Source of the DNA: an uncultured Actinomycetes bacterium
Lineage (GTDB): Bacteria; Actinomycetota; Acidimicrobiia; IMCC26256; DASPTH01
Reading direction: 5' to 3'
NCBI GenBank assembly: GCA_963835985.1
Contig: CAWIHV010000007.1
Location: forward strand, 281,975-345,974
DNA length: 64,000 bases
Shown: positions 1-11,757 of the stretch, one piece after another
Layout of the letters: the number at the start of each line of letters is the position of its first letter
Position numbering within the stretch: the first letter of the stretch is position 1
Notes under the pieces: generated by a model
Told to the model about the DNA's origin: nothing
The model's input: the letters and a program-made list of their open reading frames with translations, nothing else
The model's database searches: none
Position numbers and translations under genes: made by a program

Positions 1-2
1 CG

Positions 3-110
3 CCCGAGGTCCACCGCGCCGACGTCGTGGTCGACGGGCCCGCGGGTCTCGCCGCGCTCCTCGCCGCGCTCGCCGACGCGATCACTGGCTCGACTACTGG
101 GCCTGGCTGA
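3..110 (+). CDS. partial 3' end of an unidentified gene (weakly HAD/trehalose-phosphatase-like tail)
   Basis: The frame is open from the window edge: ...PEVHRADVVVDGPAGLAALLAALADAITGSTTGPG*, with TGA at 108-110. It converges on and overlaps the otsA stop. It is too short for a firm call. Confidence 0.25.
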   Translation, partial: PEVHRADVVVDGPAGLAALLAALADAITGSTTGPG

Positions 111-1469
111 GCAATTCGTCGAGCCAGGTGCGCGGCGTGTGCACGGCGGCGAGTGCACGCAGGCGTGACGCCCGCGTGGCCGCGTTCGTCGGCGGACATG
201 AACAGCGCGGTGTGCAGCGCGTGCGCACCCTGTTCGATGTCGTACGGGTGGACCGGGAGCACCGCGTCGTGCAGCTCCTCGTATGCGCCCGCCTCGGGCG
301 AGAGCACCACCACGCCGTCGTGCCGGTTGACGAGCGGGCCTTCCTTCGCCACCAGGTTCAGGCCGTCCTTCACCGGGTTCACGAGCAGGGCGTCGTAGCG
401 GGACGAAGCCGGCGATGGTCTGTTCGTAGTCGTCGCGCGTGTCGACCACCACCGGCTGCCAGTCGCGCGTCCCCCAGCGCTCGTTCACCGCGGGCCGCGA
501 CCTGGTCGACCTCCTGCTCGTACGCCAGGTACTCGGCGAGGTTGGAGCGCGACCGGTTGAGCAGGGCGACGAACACGACCCGCTCGCGGCACTCCGGGTG
601 GGTGTCGAGCAGCTCGTCGTAGACGTGGAACCCCCGCACGATGTTCTTCGACAGGTCGATGCGGTCGCTGCGGAGCAGGAGCTTGCGGTCGCCGACCAGC
701 TCGTCGAGCTCGGCGGCCGCGCGCGCGGTGCCGTCGCTGGCGGCGAGCTCGGCCAGGGCGTCGGGGTCGGGTCCGAGCGGCGCGGCGTAGGGCGGCTGTG
801 ATGTCGCCGCACCCGACCTCGCGCGCCGACGCGGTGTACGCCGACGCCCAGCGGGTGGTGTGGAAGCCGGCCGTCACCGCGCCCATCGACGAGCACATCG
901 CCTCGGCCATGTCAGTGGGCAGCACCCGGATCGAGTTGGGCCCGCAGAACGGCGTGTGGGTGAAGTGGGTGAGCTTCAGGTCGGGCCGAACGGAGCGCAC
1001 CATTCCCGGGACCAACGCGAGGTGATAGTCGTGCACCAGCACCTGCTCGCCCTCGGGTGCGCCCTCCACGATCACGTCGGCGAACGCCGCGTTCACCGCC
1101 ACGTAGCCGTCCCAGGCCTCGCGCAGGTAGCGGTCGAACCGCGGTCGGCGAGCGAGGTCGAAGAGGCCATGGTGCAGGAACCACAACACCGCGTTCGAGA
1201 TCACGTCGTAGTGCATGCGGTGCACTTCGGGATCGAGACTGAGCAGGTGGAGGTCGAGGCCCGGCACCGTCGCCGACGCGCGCGTCGACCGCGGCGCGAT
1301 CGCCTTCGTCGATGGCGGCCGCGACCCACGACGGCGGCGCGCCGATGTCGTCGCGCTGCACCAGGGGAAGGAGCGCGCTGACCAGACCGCCCGCCCCTCG
1401 CCGTGACGCGAACGATCCGTCGTCGCGCACCGAGAACCGGTACGGCCCTCGATGCGTGACGAGCATCAT
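94..1469 (-). CDS. otsA: alpha,alpha-trehalose-phosphate synthase (OtsA, GT20); frame broken at least 3 times as given
   Basis: N-terminus MMLVTHRGPYRF...GGLVSALLPL lies in the tail of the 912-2726 frame. The core ...VLVHDYHLALVPGMVR...HFTHTPF... is in the 485-1267 ORF, and ...VYDELLDTHPECRERVVFVALLNRSR... is in 379-639. C-terminus ...WLDELLSQAQ* ends at TAG 94-96. The ATG at 1467-1469 overlaps the treT stop (ATGA). Confidence 0.8.
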
Positions 1470-2726
1470 CTGCGCAGCGTCCCGAAGAGGGTCAGCCAGT
1501 CCTCGAGCTCGCGCGTCGAGAGGAAGTTCTCGCGCACGTGCTCGCGGCCCTGCGCGCCGAGCGCGTCGGCGCCGACCGGATCGGCGAGCAGGTCGATCGT
1601 GCGCTGCGCGCACTCCTCGACCGAGTCGACGAGATAGCCGTCGAAGCCGTCGCGGATCTGCAGCTTGATGCCACCGGCACGACCGCCGACGACGGGTCGG
1701 CCCTTCCAGAGCCCTTCGCTCACGGTCAGGCCGAAGCCCTCCCGCAGCGACTTCTGCAGGACCACCTCGGCGACGCGCTGGAACGCGTTGATCTGCACCG
1801 ACCCCACCTGGTGGAGGTTGGACAGCAGGTAGATGTCGCGGTCGCCGGCGCGCGCCGCTTCGGTGTCGTCCCAGACCTTGAACCCCTCGGGGTCGTCGGT
1901 GGCCATCGACCCCGCGAGCACGAGCTGCGCGTCGGGCACTCGCTCGCGCACGATGCGGAACGCCTCGATCACGCCGACCGGGTCCTTCCACGGATCGAAT
2001 CGGCTGACCTGGCACACGATCGGTCGATTGACGTCGACGCCGTACTGCTTGGTGAGCTCCTGGCAGAAGGGCATCGCCAGCTCGAGGTTCTTGACCGACA
2101 GCGGGTCGATGCACGGCGGCGCGTAGAGCACGTGCGCCATGTCGAGGGAGCCGGGGACGAACTCGGGCATGGTCCACACCGACGCGTCGTGGAGCTCCAC
2201 GAACGGGCGGAAGAACTCCCACACCTTGGGGTTGGCGGCGGTGAGGTCGATGTGGCAACGCCAGATCCAGGTGGTGTCCTGCATCTGGCCGCCGAGGCGC
2301 TCGCGCAGGAAGCTGAGCATCGCCGCCGGCTGGGGGTCGTGCACCACCACGAAGTCGTAGTGGCCTTCGAGCAGCAACGCGTTGTCGAGCACCTTCTCGA
2401 GGTAGGTGCGCTGCATGCGCGTGCGTCCACTCGATGTCGGCGCCCTGCAAACCGTTGTGCACCGCCTTGGTGACGGCGAAGAACTCGTCGCTGCCGTGCA
2501 TCACCTGCCAGTCGGCGTCGATGCCGATGCTGCGGAGCAGGGGTACGTGCGTGGCGAGCAGCTCGGCGACACCACCGCCGTACGCCGTGGCGTTCACGTG
2601 GAGGACCCGCGCGCCCTGCAGCGGCTTCGCCAGCTCGCGGATCTGGTCGACGACGTCGGCCCCGACCACCGCCGAGTAGTCGTCGAGGTGCTTCTCGAGC
2701 AGGGGGACGCGGTCGAGCACGGACAC
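1466..2726 (-). CDS. treT: TreT-type trehalose synthase (GT4 glycosyltransferase); one frame break near 2410-2440
   Basis: From GTG 2726, MSVLDRVPLLEKHLDDY...VNATAYGGGVAELL...FFAVTKAVHNGLQG continues in the 1466-2416 ORF as ...YLEKVLDNALLLEGHYDFVVVHDPQP...VSRFDPWKDP...SLREGFGLTVSEGLWKGRPVV. Confidence 0.75.
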
Positions 2727-2766
2727 TCCGGGTGGGCGCGGGCAGGAATCTCGGTCAATCTATCGA

Positions 2767-3813
2767 GTGATGCTCTCGGCTCTCGTGTGCCCCGACAAGT
2801 TCAAGGGCACGCTCAGCGCGGCCGGTGCGGCCGACGCGATGGCTGCAGGCTTGCGGCGCGCGGGCTTCGACGAGATCGCGTCACTCCCGCTCGCCGACGG
2901 CGGTGAGGGCACCCTCGACGCGCTGGTTGCCGCTCGCGGTGGTTCGCGCCGAAAGGTCGACCGTCACCGGACCGCTCGGCGACCCCGTCGACGCCGAGTG
3001 GGCGCTGCTGCCCGGTGGTGTCGCGGTCGTCGAGATGGCGCGCGCGAGCGGTCTCGCGCTCGATGCCGCGCGTCCGCGACCCGTTGCGCGCGTCGACGCG
3101 CGGCACCGGCGAGCTCATCGCCGCCGCGATCCGGGCCGGCGCGCGGCGCGTGATCGTCGGGGTGGGTGGCAGCGCGACGACCGACGGCGGCCTCGCCGCC
3201 CTGGAGGCGCTCGGCTGGTCGTTCGGCGCGGTGCCGGTGACGGTGGCGTGCGACGTGACCACGCCGTTCCTCGACGCGGCCGCGGTGTTCGCGCCGCAGA
3301 AGGGCGCGACCGACGCGCAGGTCGCGCTGCTCACCCGGCGCCTGGCCAGCCTGGCCGATCAGTACGAGCAGCGCACCGGCGTCGACGTGCGCGCGCTTGC
3401 CGGGCGCGGGCGCGGCCGGCGGGTTGGCCGGCGGCCTCGCCGCCATCGGCGCCGAGCTCGAACCGGGCTTCGACGTGGTCGCCAACGCGGTCGGGCTCGA
3501 CGACGCGCTCGACGACGTCGACCTCGTGGTCACCGGTGAAGGTCGTCTCGACGCCACCAGCTTCGCCGGGAAGGTCGTCGGCGGCGTGCTCGAGTGGTCG
3601 GCCGACGCCGGGGTGCCGAACGTCGCGGTCGTCGCCGGTCAGGTCACCGCCGACGCGCGCGAGGAGATGGCGGTCCACGCGAACGCGCAGCTCCTCGCGC
3701 TCACCGACCGTGTGTGGCAGTCCGCCGAGGCGTTCTCCCGCGCCGCGGTGCTGGTCGAGGAAGCCGCGCTCGAGGCCGGCCGCAAGGTGGCCGACGCGTC
3801 CGAGTCCTCCTGA
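2767..3813 (+). CDS. glxK: glycerate kinase; about 3 frame breaks
   Basis: MMLSALVCPDKFKGTLSA...LADGGEGTLDAL, ...GELIAAAIRAGARRVIVGVGGSATTDGG... and ...GAGAAGGLAGGLAAIGAELEPGFDVV...VVTGEGRLD are spread over the 2767, 3015-3539 and 3397-3813 frames. Confidence 0.75.
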
Positions 3814-3823
3814 GGCGGGGCGG

Positions 3824-4205
3824 TCAGGCCGGCGCCTGCAGCGAGAGGGTGTTGCCGTCCGGGTCGGCGAACCATGCGATGCGATCGCCGCCGGGTGCGG
3901 TCCACGCGGCCCGCTCGTCCTGCTCCATGCCGTCGAATCGAAGGAACGTCACGCCTCGGTCCACGAGGCCGTCGATGGTGACGTCGAGGTCGTCGACCTT
4001 CCAGCCCAGCACGGTGTACATGGCCGGGGCGCGTTCGGGCACCGCCGTGATGCGCACCGTCGTGCCGTGCGCGTCGACCACGCAGGCAAAGCCGTCGTCG
4101 TCGAGCACGGTGAGACCGAGCACACCCTCGTAGAACGCACGGGCGCGGGTCGGTGTCGGAGGTCGCGACGAAGGCGACGAGATCGGCGTCCGTCAGCTCG
4201 GTCAT
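3824..4205 (-). CDS. VOC/glyoxalase-family protein; one frame break near 4140
   Basis: N-terminus MTELTDADLVAFVATSD (ATG 4203-4205, ATGA overlap with the gpgS stop) joins the 3824-4123 ORF ...VLGLTVLDDDGFACVVDAHGTTVRI...WFADPDGNTLSLQ. Confidence 0.6.
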
Positions 4206-5114
4206 GCGGACAGCTCGCGTCCGAACGGCGCGCGGTAGGCGGGCACGGTGAGCATCGGTGGTCGTTCGCGGATCTCGACCGCGATGCGTTCCGGCTGCTG
4301 GTCGTCGTCGTAGCGCACGAGCTCCGCGAGCCGCTTGTCGACGGGCACGCCGGCGCGCCGCAGCCCGGTCACGAGGATCGCCATCGCCTGCGGACCGAGC
4401 TCCTCGAGCGGGCGGTTGCGGTGCTCGCGCACGTCGAGGTCGACCTGCGCGATGGCGTCGATGCCGAAGTTGGCGACGAGGTCGATGAGCAGCCCGATCT
4501 CGACACCCCACCCTTCGACGAACGGCACCGTCTCGAGCAACGTGCGGCGTCCCGCGTACTCACCGGCCAGCGGCTGCACGAAAGCCGCGAGGTGGGGGAA
4601 CAGCGCCGAGATCACGGGCCGCGCCATCAGCTCGGTGACGCGACCACCGCCGGTCGCCTCACCGTGGAGCGGACGGCGGTAGTAGCCCTTCACGAACCCG
4701 ATCGCGGGGTCGTGAGCAGCGGTGCGAGCAACCGGGTGACGAAGTGCGCACCGAAGTTGCGCACGTCGGCGTCGAGCCAGCAGACGATGTCGCCCTCGCA
4801 CGCGTAGAGCGACATCCACAGCGCGTTGCCCTTGCCCGAGCCGCGGGGGAGGTCGGGGAGGATCTCGTCGACCGCGAGCACCGCGCGCGCCCTCCCAGCT
4901 CGCGGCCTCGGCGGTGGCGTCGGTGGAGCCGTCGTCGATCACGACCACCTCGTCGACGAGGGGTGCGTGCTCCACGAGGTTGCGTCGCACGGTGGCGACG
5001 ATCTGGCCGACGGTGGCCTCCTCGTTGCGGGCCGGGAGGCAGACCGAGATCGTGGTGCCCGACGGCCTGTTTGGCGTCGACCAGGGCGGCGACGTCGAGG
5101 TCCGGCACGGCCAT
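4202..5114 (-). CDS. gpgS: glucosyl-3-phosphoglycerate synthase (GT81); about 3 frame breaks
   Basis: MAVPDLDVAALVDAK..., ...VEHAPLVDEVVVIDDGSTDATAE..., ...ILPDLPRGSGKGNALWMSLYACEGDIVCWLDADVRNF... (4690-4881 ORF) and ...GFVKGYYRRPL...GGGRVTELMARP...LAGEYAGRR...GWGVEIGLLID (4202-4990 ORF). Confidence 0.75.
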
Positions 5115-5198
5115 TCACCCAGGGTATGCGGGCCGTCCGGCGCCCCAATCGTGCCGATCGACCGCGGAGCGGGGCGTGGTAACGTCTTCGCCGAACGC

Positions 5199-5307
5199 GT
5201 TCATCGAGAGCGGTTGAGGGACAGGCCCTGTGACGCCGCGGCAACCAGCACGACGACCGACCACCGGGGTCGGGAGGGTGCCAGGTGCCAATGCCTGAAC
5301 GATGAGC
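5199..5307 (+). promoter_or_regulatory. SAM-I (S-box) riboswitch aptamer
   Basis: GUUCAUCGAGAGCGGUUGAGGGACAGGCCCUGUGACGCCGCGGCAACC...GGUGCCAGGUGCCAAUGCCUGAACGAUGAGC. P1 pairs GUUCAUC with GAUGAGC. The conserved GAGGGA, GGCCC, GCAACC and GGUGCCAAU blocks are present. It lies 82 nt upstream of the ThrC-like start. Confidence 0.85.
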
Positions 5308-5388
5308 AGTCCGAGAGCGGTCCTCCGCTCGAGGCGCTCGAGAGCGCGTCGAGGTCGCCGGGAACCCGGCTGAACGGAGGAGACCCTC

Positions 5389-6630
<1,242 letters not shown>

Positions 6631-6634
6631 CTCG

Positions 6635-6910
6635 ATGGCCGTCACCGTCCGCATCCCCACCCAGCTGCGCGAGCTCTCCGGCGGCGCCGCCGAGGTCACC
6701 GCCGAGGGCGGCTCGCTCGCGTCGGTCCTGGAGGGCCTGGAGACCGCGCACCCCGGATTCCGGGAGCGCCTCTTCGACGAGCAGGGCGAGCTGCGCCGCT
6801 TCGTGAACGTGTTCGTCGACGACGAGGACATCCGCTTCCTCGACGGGGTCGGCACCGAAGTGAAGGACGGCGCGACCGTCAGCATCGTCCCCGCCGTCGC
6901 CGGGGGCTAG
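6635..6910 (+). CDS. MoaD/ThiS-family sulfur-carrier protein (C-terminal GG)
   Basis: Intact 91-aa ORF that starts 4 nt after the ThrC-like stop and ends ...TVSIVPAVAGG*. It has beta-grasp length and the diglycine terminus. Confidence 0.85.
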   Translation: MAVTVRIPTQLRELSGGAAEVTAEGGSLASVLEGLETAHPGFRERLFDEQGELRRFVNVFVDDEDIRFLDGVGTEVKDGATVSIVPAVAGG

Positions 6911-6938
6911 CGAAGCTCACCCCCAGCGTCACGAACAT

Positions 6939-6975
6939 GCGTCGAACTTGCGGCGCATGACCGCAAGTTCGACGC
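6939..6975. terminator. perfect 15-bp hairpin between convergent genes (bidirectional terminator candidate)
   Basis: GCGTCGAACTTGCGG-cgcatga-CCGCAAGTTCGACGC lies between the sulfur-carrier stop (6910) and the ideR stop (6988). Confidence 0.6.
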
Positions 6976-6987
6976 AGGAACCGCGCC

Positions 6988-7648
6988 TTATGCGGGGATG
7001 GCGTAGATCAGCTGGGCGAGCTTGCGGGGGACGGTCTGCTCGCCCGCGGCGCTCGTGACCTGCACGCCGTCGGTGCTGGTGCTGACGACCACCGCGTTGG
7101 AGCCGGGGATCAGCTCGGCGCCGGCGAGGAACGCGATGGCGTCGTCGTCGATCTCCGACCTTCTCGCTGATGCGGCGGACGATCACCGGTCCGGGCTGCA
7201 TCTGCGTGAGCGGCATCGACGCGGGTCCCTCGACCTTGTGGGCGGAACCGGGGATCGGGTTCCCGTGGGGGCAGGTGGCCGGGTCGCCGAGGAGCAGCAC
7301 GAGCTTCTCCTCCACGTCGGCCGAGATCGCGTGCTCCCAGCGGTCGGCCTCCTTGTGGACCTTCTCCCACTCGAGCCCGATGATGTCGACGAGCAGGCGC
7401 TCGGCGAGTCGGTGCCGGCGCACGATCGACGTCGCGATCTCGCGGCCCTCGTCGGTGAGGCGCAGGCTGCGGTCGTCGAGCAACTCCGCGTAGCCGTGGT
7501 CGACGAGGCGGTTCACCGTCTCCGACACCGCGGGCGCGGAGAGGCCGAGTCGTTCGACGAGGCGGGCCCGGATCGGGATCGTGCCCTCCTCCTCGATCTC
7601 GAGGATGGCTTCGAGGTACTCCTCGGTCGTGTCGTGCCACTCGGCCAC
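6988..7648 (-). CDS. ideR: DtxR/IdeR-family iron-dependent repressor; one frame break near 7165
   Basis: MAEWHDTTEEYLEAILEIEEEGTIPIRARLVERLGLSAPAVSETVNRL...RHRLAERLL...CPHGNPIP. The C-terminal SH3-like part reads in another frame and ends ...RKLAQLIYAIPA* (TAA 6988-6990). Confidence 0.85.
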
Positions 7649-7718
7649 GCGCAGGCTCCTCCGCCGTCAGCGCCCCACCCTACTGCCCGTTCGGCGCGAT
7701 TCCGACGGTCGGGACGAG

Positions 7719-8931
7719 TCAGCTCACGTCCATCGACGCCGGATCGCGCAGCTGCGCGAGGACGTGCTCGAGGAAGGCGGTGGCGTCGTGGCCGTCGACG
7801 ACGCGGTGGTCGGCCGACAGGGAGACCGGCAACGTCGGCGCCGCGACGACGGTCTCGCCGTCGACCACCGGACGCACGCGCACCGCGCCGAATCCGAGGA
7901 TCGCGACCTGTGGCGGGAGGACGATCGGCGTGGCGAAGCGGCCGCCCTCGGTGCCGAAGTTGGTCACCGTGAACGTCGCGCCGCGCAGCACGTCGGGCGG
8001 CAGGTGACCGGCCCGACCCGCTTCGGTGACGCGGACGATCTCGTGGCCGAGGTCGACGATGTCACGCTCGTGCGCGTCGTGGACGACGGGCACGACCAGG
8101 CCGTCGTCGCTCGCGACCGCCACGCCCACGTGCACGGCGTCGTGGAAGACGATCTCGTCGTGTTCGACGTCGAGCGAGCAGTTGAGGATCGGGAACCGCC
8201 TCGAGCGCGACGACCGCGGCGCGCACGAACCAGGCGGTGAGGGTGATGCCGTCGTCGCGGGCGCGCCAGCGCGGCGTGCGCGGCGAGCAACGGTCGGGCG
8301 TCGAGCTCGTCGAACAGCGAGATGTGCGGCACCGCGCGCCACGCCTCGGCCAGGTTGCGGGCCATGGCCCGGCGAACGCCGCGCAGCGGCTCGCGCCGAC
8401 CATGACCATCGACGGGCTCGTCGGCGGATGCCGACGCGGCGGCGCGCACGTCGGCCGCGGTCACCCGCCCGCCGGGCCCGGTCCCCGCCACCGCGGCGAG
8501 GTCGATCCCGAGCTCCCGCGCCAGCTTCCGCACCGGCGGCGCCGCCAACGCGCGCGCGCCCGCCCCTCGGCTTCTGGCGCCGCTCGACCGCGTGCATGTC
8601 GCGGCCGTAGCGGCGCCGAAACGGTCGAGGTCGACGAGCCGCGCACGGGGGTGCCGCCGAGGGCGGTGCCCTCGTCGGGGATCAGCTCGAGGAGCGGCGC
8701 GCCCACCGGGACCAGATCGCCGACCTCGGCACCGAGGCGCACCACGGTGCCCGACGCAGGCACCGGTAGCTCGACCTCCGCCTTGTCGGTCTGCACGTGG
8801 GCGACGATCTGATCACGCGTCACGTGGTCGCCGACCGCGACGCGCCACTGCACCAACTCGGCCTCCGTCATGCCCTCGCCGAGGTCGGGGAGGAGGTACG
8901 GCAGGGGCTTGGTCGAGGGAGCCTCAGGCAT
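7719..8931 (-). CDS. 2-oxoacid dehydrogenase E2 (dihydrolipoamide acyltransferase); about 3 frame breaks
   Basis: Lipoyl domain ...LPDLGEGMTEAELVQWRVAVGDHV...VQTDKAEVELP. E3-binding part PPVRKLARELGIDLAAV. Catalytic part ...LSADHRVVDGHDATAFL.... The ATG at 8929-8931 overlaps the E1beta stop by 8 nt. Confidence 0.85.
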
Positions 8932-9893
8932 CGAAGGACGCGTCGAGGGCGGCGACGATGCGCGCGACGTCGGGGCGGCACCAGTCTTCGACCAGCGGCG
9001 GCGCGGACCCCACGTCGACGCCCGCGACCCGCCGGATCGGCGCCTCCAACGAGTAGAACGCCTCCTCCTGCAGCGTGGCCACCACCTCGGCGCCGAAGCC
9101 ACCGGTGAGCGGGGCTTCGTGCACCACGACCACACGCCCGCACCGCTCCGCGGCGCGCACGATGGTCTCGACGTCGAGGGGCGCGAGCGAACGGAGGTCG
9201 ATCACCCCGACGCGTGCGCCGCGCTGTTCGAGCACGACGTCGGCCGCGGCCTCCGCCACGTCGACCATCGCGCCCCACGTGATGATCACCGCGTCGTCGG
9301 GTGCGCGCACCTCGCGCGCGACGCCGAGCGGGACGAGGTGCTCGCCGTCGGGGACGTCGGCCGTGCGTGCGGTAGCAGGGGATGGGCTCGAACACGATCA
9401 CCGGATCGTCGCTGCGCACCGCGGTCGTGAGCAGACCCTTGGCGTCGGCCGCGTTCGACGGCACCACGACGCTCAGGCCCGGCGCGTGCGCGTACGGCGC
9501 CTCGACCGAGTCGCTGTGGTGCTCGGGCGTGCGGACGCCTCCGCCGTACGCGGTGCGCAGCGTGACCGGGCACGGGTAGCGGCCCCGGCTGCGGTACCGG
9601 AAGCGGGCGAGCTGGCCGACGAGCTGGTGGTACGCCTGCATGGTGAAGCCGCCGAACTGGATCTCGGCCACCGGCACGAGGCCCGCGACCGACAACCCGA
9701 CCGACGCGCCGACGATGGTCGATTCGGAGATCGGCATGTCGAACACGCGCCGCTCGCCGAAGCGCTCGAGCGCGCCGTCGGTGGCGCGGAACACGCCGCC
9801 GTTCTTCCCGACGTCCTCGCCGAGGAGCACGACGCGGTCGTCGCGTGCCATCTCGTCGAGCAGCGTCTCGCGGATCGCCGCGAGCATCGTCAT
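8924..9893 (-). CDS. 2-oxoacid dehydrogenase E1 beta subunit; one frame break near 9330-9380
   Basis: MTMLAAIRETLLDEMARDDRVVLLGEDVGKNGGVFRAT...FDMPISESTIVG...EIQFGGF... plus the 8924-9310 ORF ...IDLRSLAPLDVETI.... The ATG at 9891-9893 overlaps the E1alpha stop (ATGA). Confidence 0.85.
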
Positions 9894-11006
9894 GCTCGCC
9901 ACGACAATCCTCCGTCTCCGCTTCGCGTTCGCCGTCGCCGTCGCCGTCGCCGTCGGACGGTGGCGGCGCGCTCGGCTCGGAGTGTGCGTCGGTCCCGCTG
10001 CGAGCGGCGATGTCGGCGCGTTGTGCCGCGTGACCGCGCGCTCGGCTCGGCGACCACGTGGTCGAGCGCGGAGGCAGGATCGACCTCGCGCGCGAGCGCG
10101 CGTTCGATGATGTGCTCGAGCCGCTCCTCGACCGCGGCGGCGGCCGCCTCGTGCCGGGCGTCGTCCCACATCCCCGAGCGCCGCAGCGTGGTCGCGAACC
10201 GGTCGACGGGATCGCGCGACCGCCACTCGGCGAGCTCGTCGTCGGGGACGTAGCGGGTCGGGTCGTCGGAGTTGGTGTGCGCGCCCATCCGGTACGTGAC
10301 GAGCTCGAGCAGCGTTGGACCTTCACCGGCCGCGGCGCGCCGGCGCGCCTCGCGCGTGGCCTCGAGCACCGCGAGCACGTCGTTGCCGTCGACGCGCACC
10401 CCGGGGATTCCGGCGGCGGCGCCCTTCGCCGCGAACGTCTCGGCCGCGGTCTGGTGCTCGATCGGCGTGGAGATGGCCCATCCGTTGTTGATGCACACGA
10501 CGATCAGCGGCACCTTCTGCACGCCGGCGAGGTTGATCGCCTCGTAGAAGTCACCTTCCGACGTCGCGCCGTCGCCGACGAAGGTGCACACGACTCCGGG
10601 GTCGCCGCGCAGCGCGAGTCCCCACGCGAGGCCGGTCGCGTGCGGCAGCTGCGTCGCGAGCGAGATCTGCACCGGGAGCGCGCGCACACCGTCGGGGACC
10701 CGTCCGCCCTCGGGATGGCCGCGCCAGTACACGACGAGCTGCTCGACGAACTCGTCGCCGAGCGCGCCGTATCCGGTGGCGTCGCGGTAGTAGGGGACGA
10801 GCCAGTCGGTCGCGAGATCGAGGCCGCGCACCACGCCGACGACCGCAGCTTCCTGCCCGGCGAGCGGGGCGACGGTGGTGAGGCGGCCCTGGCGCTGCAG
10901 GTTCCACATCCGCTCCGACAGGCGCCGGGCGAAGAGGAGGTCGACCATGAGCGTGGCGGCCAGGTCCGGGTCCGACGAAGACGGGGGCGGTCTCGACGTC
11001 GGTCAT
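9890..11006 (-). CDS. 2-oxoacid dehydrogenase E1 alpha subunit (TPP-binding); frame break near 10965; C-terminal frame uncertain
   Basis: MTDVETAPVF... then ...MWNLQRQGRL...GDGATSEGDFYEAINLAGVQKVPLIVVCINNGWAIS...YRMGAHTNSDDP.... The last roughly 50 codons read either as poly-Arg or as an acidic DGDGDGDG tail, depending on frame. Confidence 0.8.
9931..9954. repeat. (GCCGTC)x4 hexanucleotide tandem repeat inside the E1alpha 3' end
   Basis: gccgtcgccgtcgccgtcgccgtc read directly from the sequence. Confidence 0.9.
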
Positions 11007-11063
11007 ACGGGCTCGCAGCCTACCGAGTGATAGGTAGAGAGGGAGGCTTCACGGAAGGGCTCC

Positions 11064-11678
11064 TCAGGGTCGAGGCTCCAGTGCGTGGCGGAACAGGTCG
11101 AGGATGTGCTCCTGCTCGATCTCCAGCGCCGCGGGACTGGTGGGGTCCTCGCCGAGCAGCGAGCCGACGAGGGGCGCATCGGAGAGGTAGGAGAGCACCG
11201 CCCCGTAGGCGGTGATCACGAGGCGGCGGGCGTCGCAGCGGCGGATGCGCCCGGCGGCCATCTCCGACTCGAGGAAGCCGACACCCCGCTCGAACAGCGG
11301 ACGCAGGACGGTGGCCAGCTCCTCCACCAGGACCGATCCGCCCTCGAGCGCCTCCCAGCGGGCGAGACGCACGAAGTCGGGTCGTTCCACGAAGAAGCGG
11401 AACGCGGTGCGGATCACCCGCTCCACCTGCGGCCAACCCGCGACGGGGGCCGTGGCCATGGTCTCGTCCATGAGGGCGAACCAGTCGTCGAAGGCGTCGA
11501 GCAGCACGGCCCGGTAGAGGGCGACCTTCGAGGGGAAGTGGTGGAACAGGCTCGGTGGGCGGATGCCGACCTCGTCGGCGATGTCGGCCAGGCTGGTGCC
11601 CGAGAAGCCCCGCTCGGAGAAGCGCTGCCGGGCGACCACCAGGATCGTGTCCCGAGTGGTGGGCGCCGCGGTCGTCAT
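11064..11678 (-). CDS. TetR/AcrR-family transcriptional regulator
   Basis: Intact. MTTAAPTTRDTILVVARQRFSERGFSGTSLADIADEVGIRPPSLFHHFPSK is a TetR helix-turn-helix. The gene lies directly upstream of the E1alpha gene on the same strand. Confidence 0.85.
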   Translation of the reverse strand: MTTAAPTTRDTILVVARQRFSERGFSGTSLADIADEVGIRPPSLFHHFPSKVALYRAVLLDAFDDWFALMDETMATAPVAGWPQVERVIRTAFRFFVERPDFVRLARWEALEGGSVLVEELATVLRPLFERGVGFLESEMAAGRIRRCDARRLVITAYGAVLSYLSDAPLVGSLLGEDPTSPAALEIEQEHILDLFRHALEPRP

Positions 11679-11726
11679 GCTCCGAGCGTACGCCCGGCAC
11701 GGGGACGGGGCGCGCGGAGGCAGAAT

Positions 11727-11752
11727 TTGCACTCGCGGGTCGCGAGTGCCAA
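11727..11752. promoter_or_regulatory. CIRCE-like inverted repeat (HrcA operator, degenerate copy)
   Basis: TTGCACTC-gcgggtcgc-GAGTGCCAA, compared with the consensus TTAGCACTC-N9-GAGTGCTAA. Confidence 0.55.
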
Positions 11753-11757
11753 CATGG

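Noticed and set aside
912-2726. A 604-aa minus-strand ORF that appears to be one large protein.
   Set aside because: It is a chimera of frames. Only its first roughly 100 codons (TreT N-terminus) and a stretch around 1300-1469 (OtsA N-terminus, MMLVTHRGPYRF) are genuine. The rest is off-frame read-through across treT and otsA.
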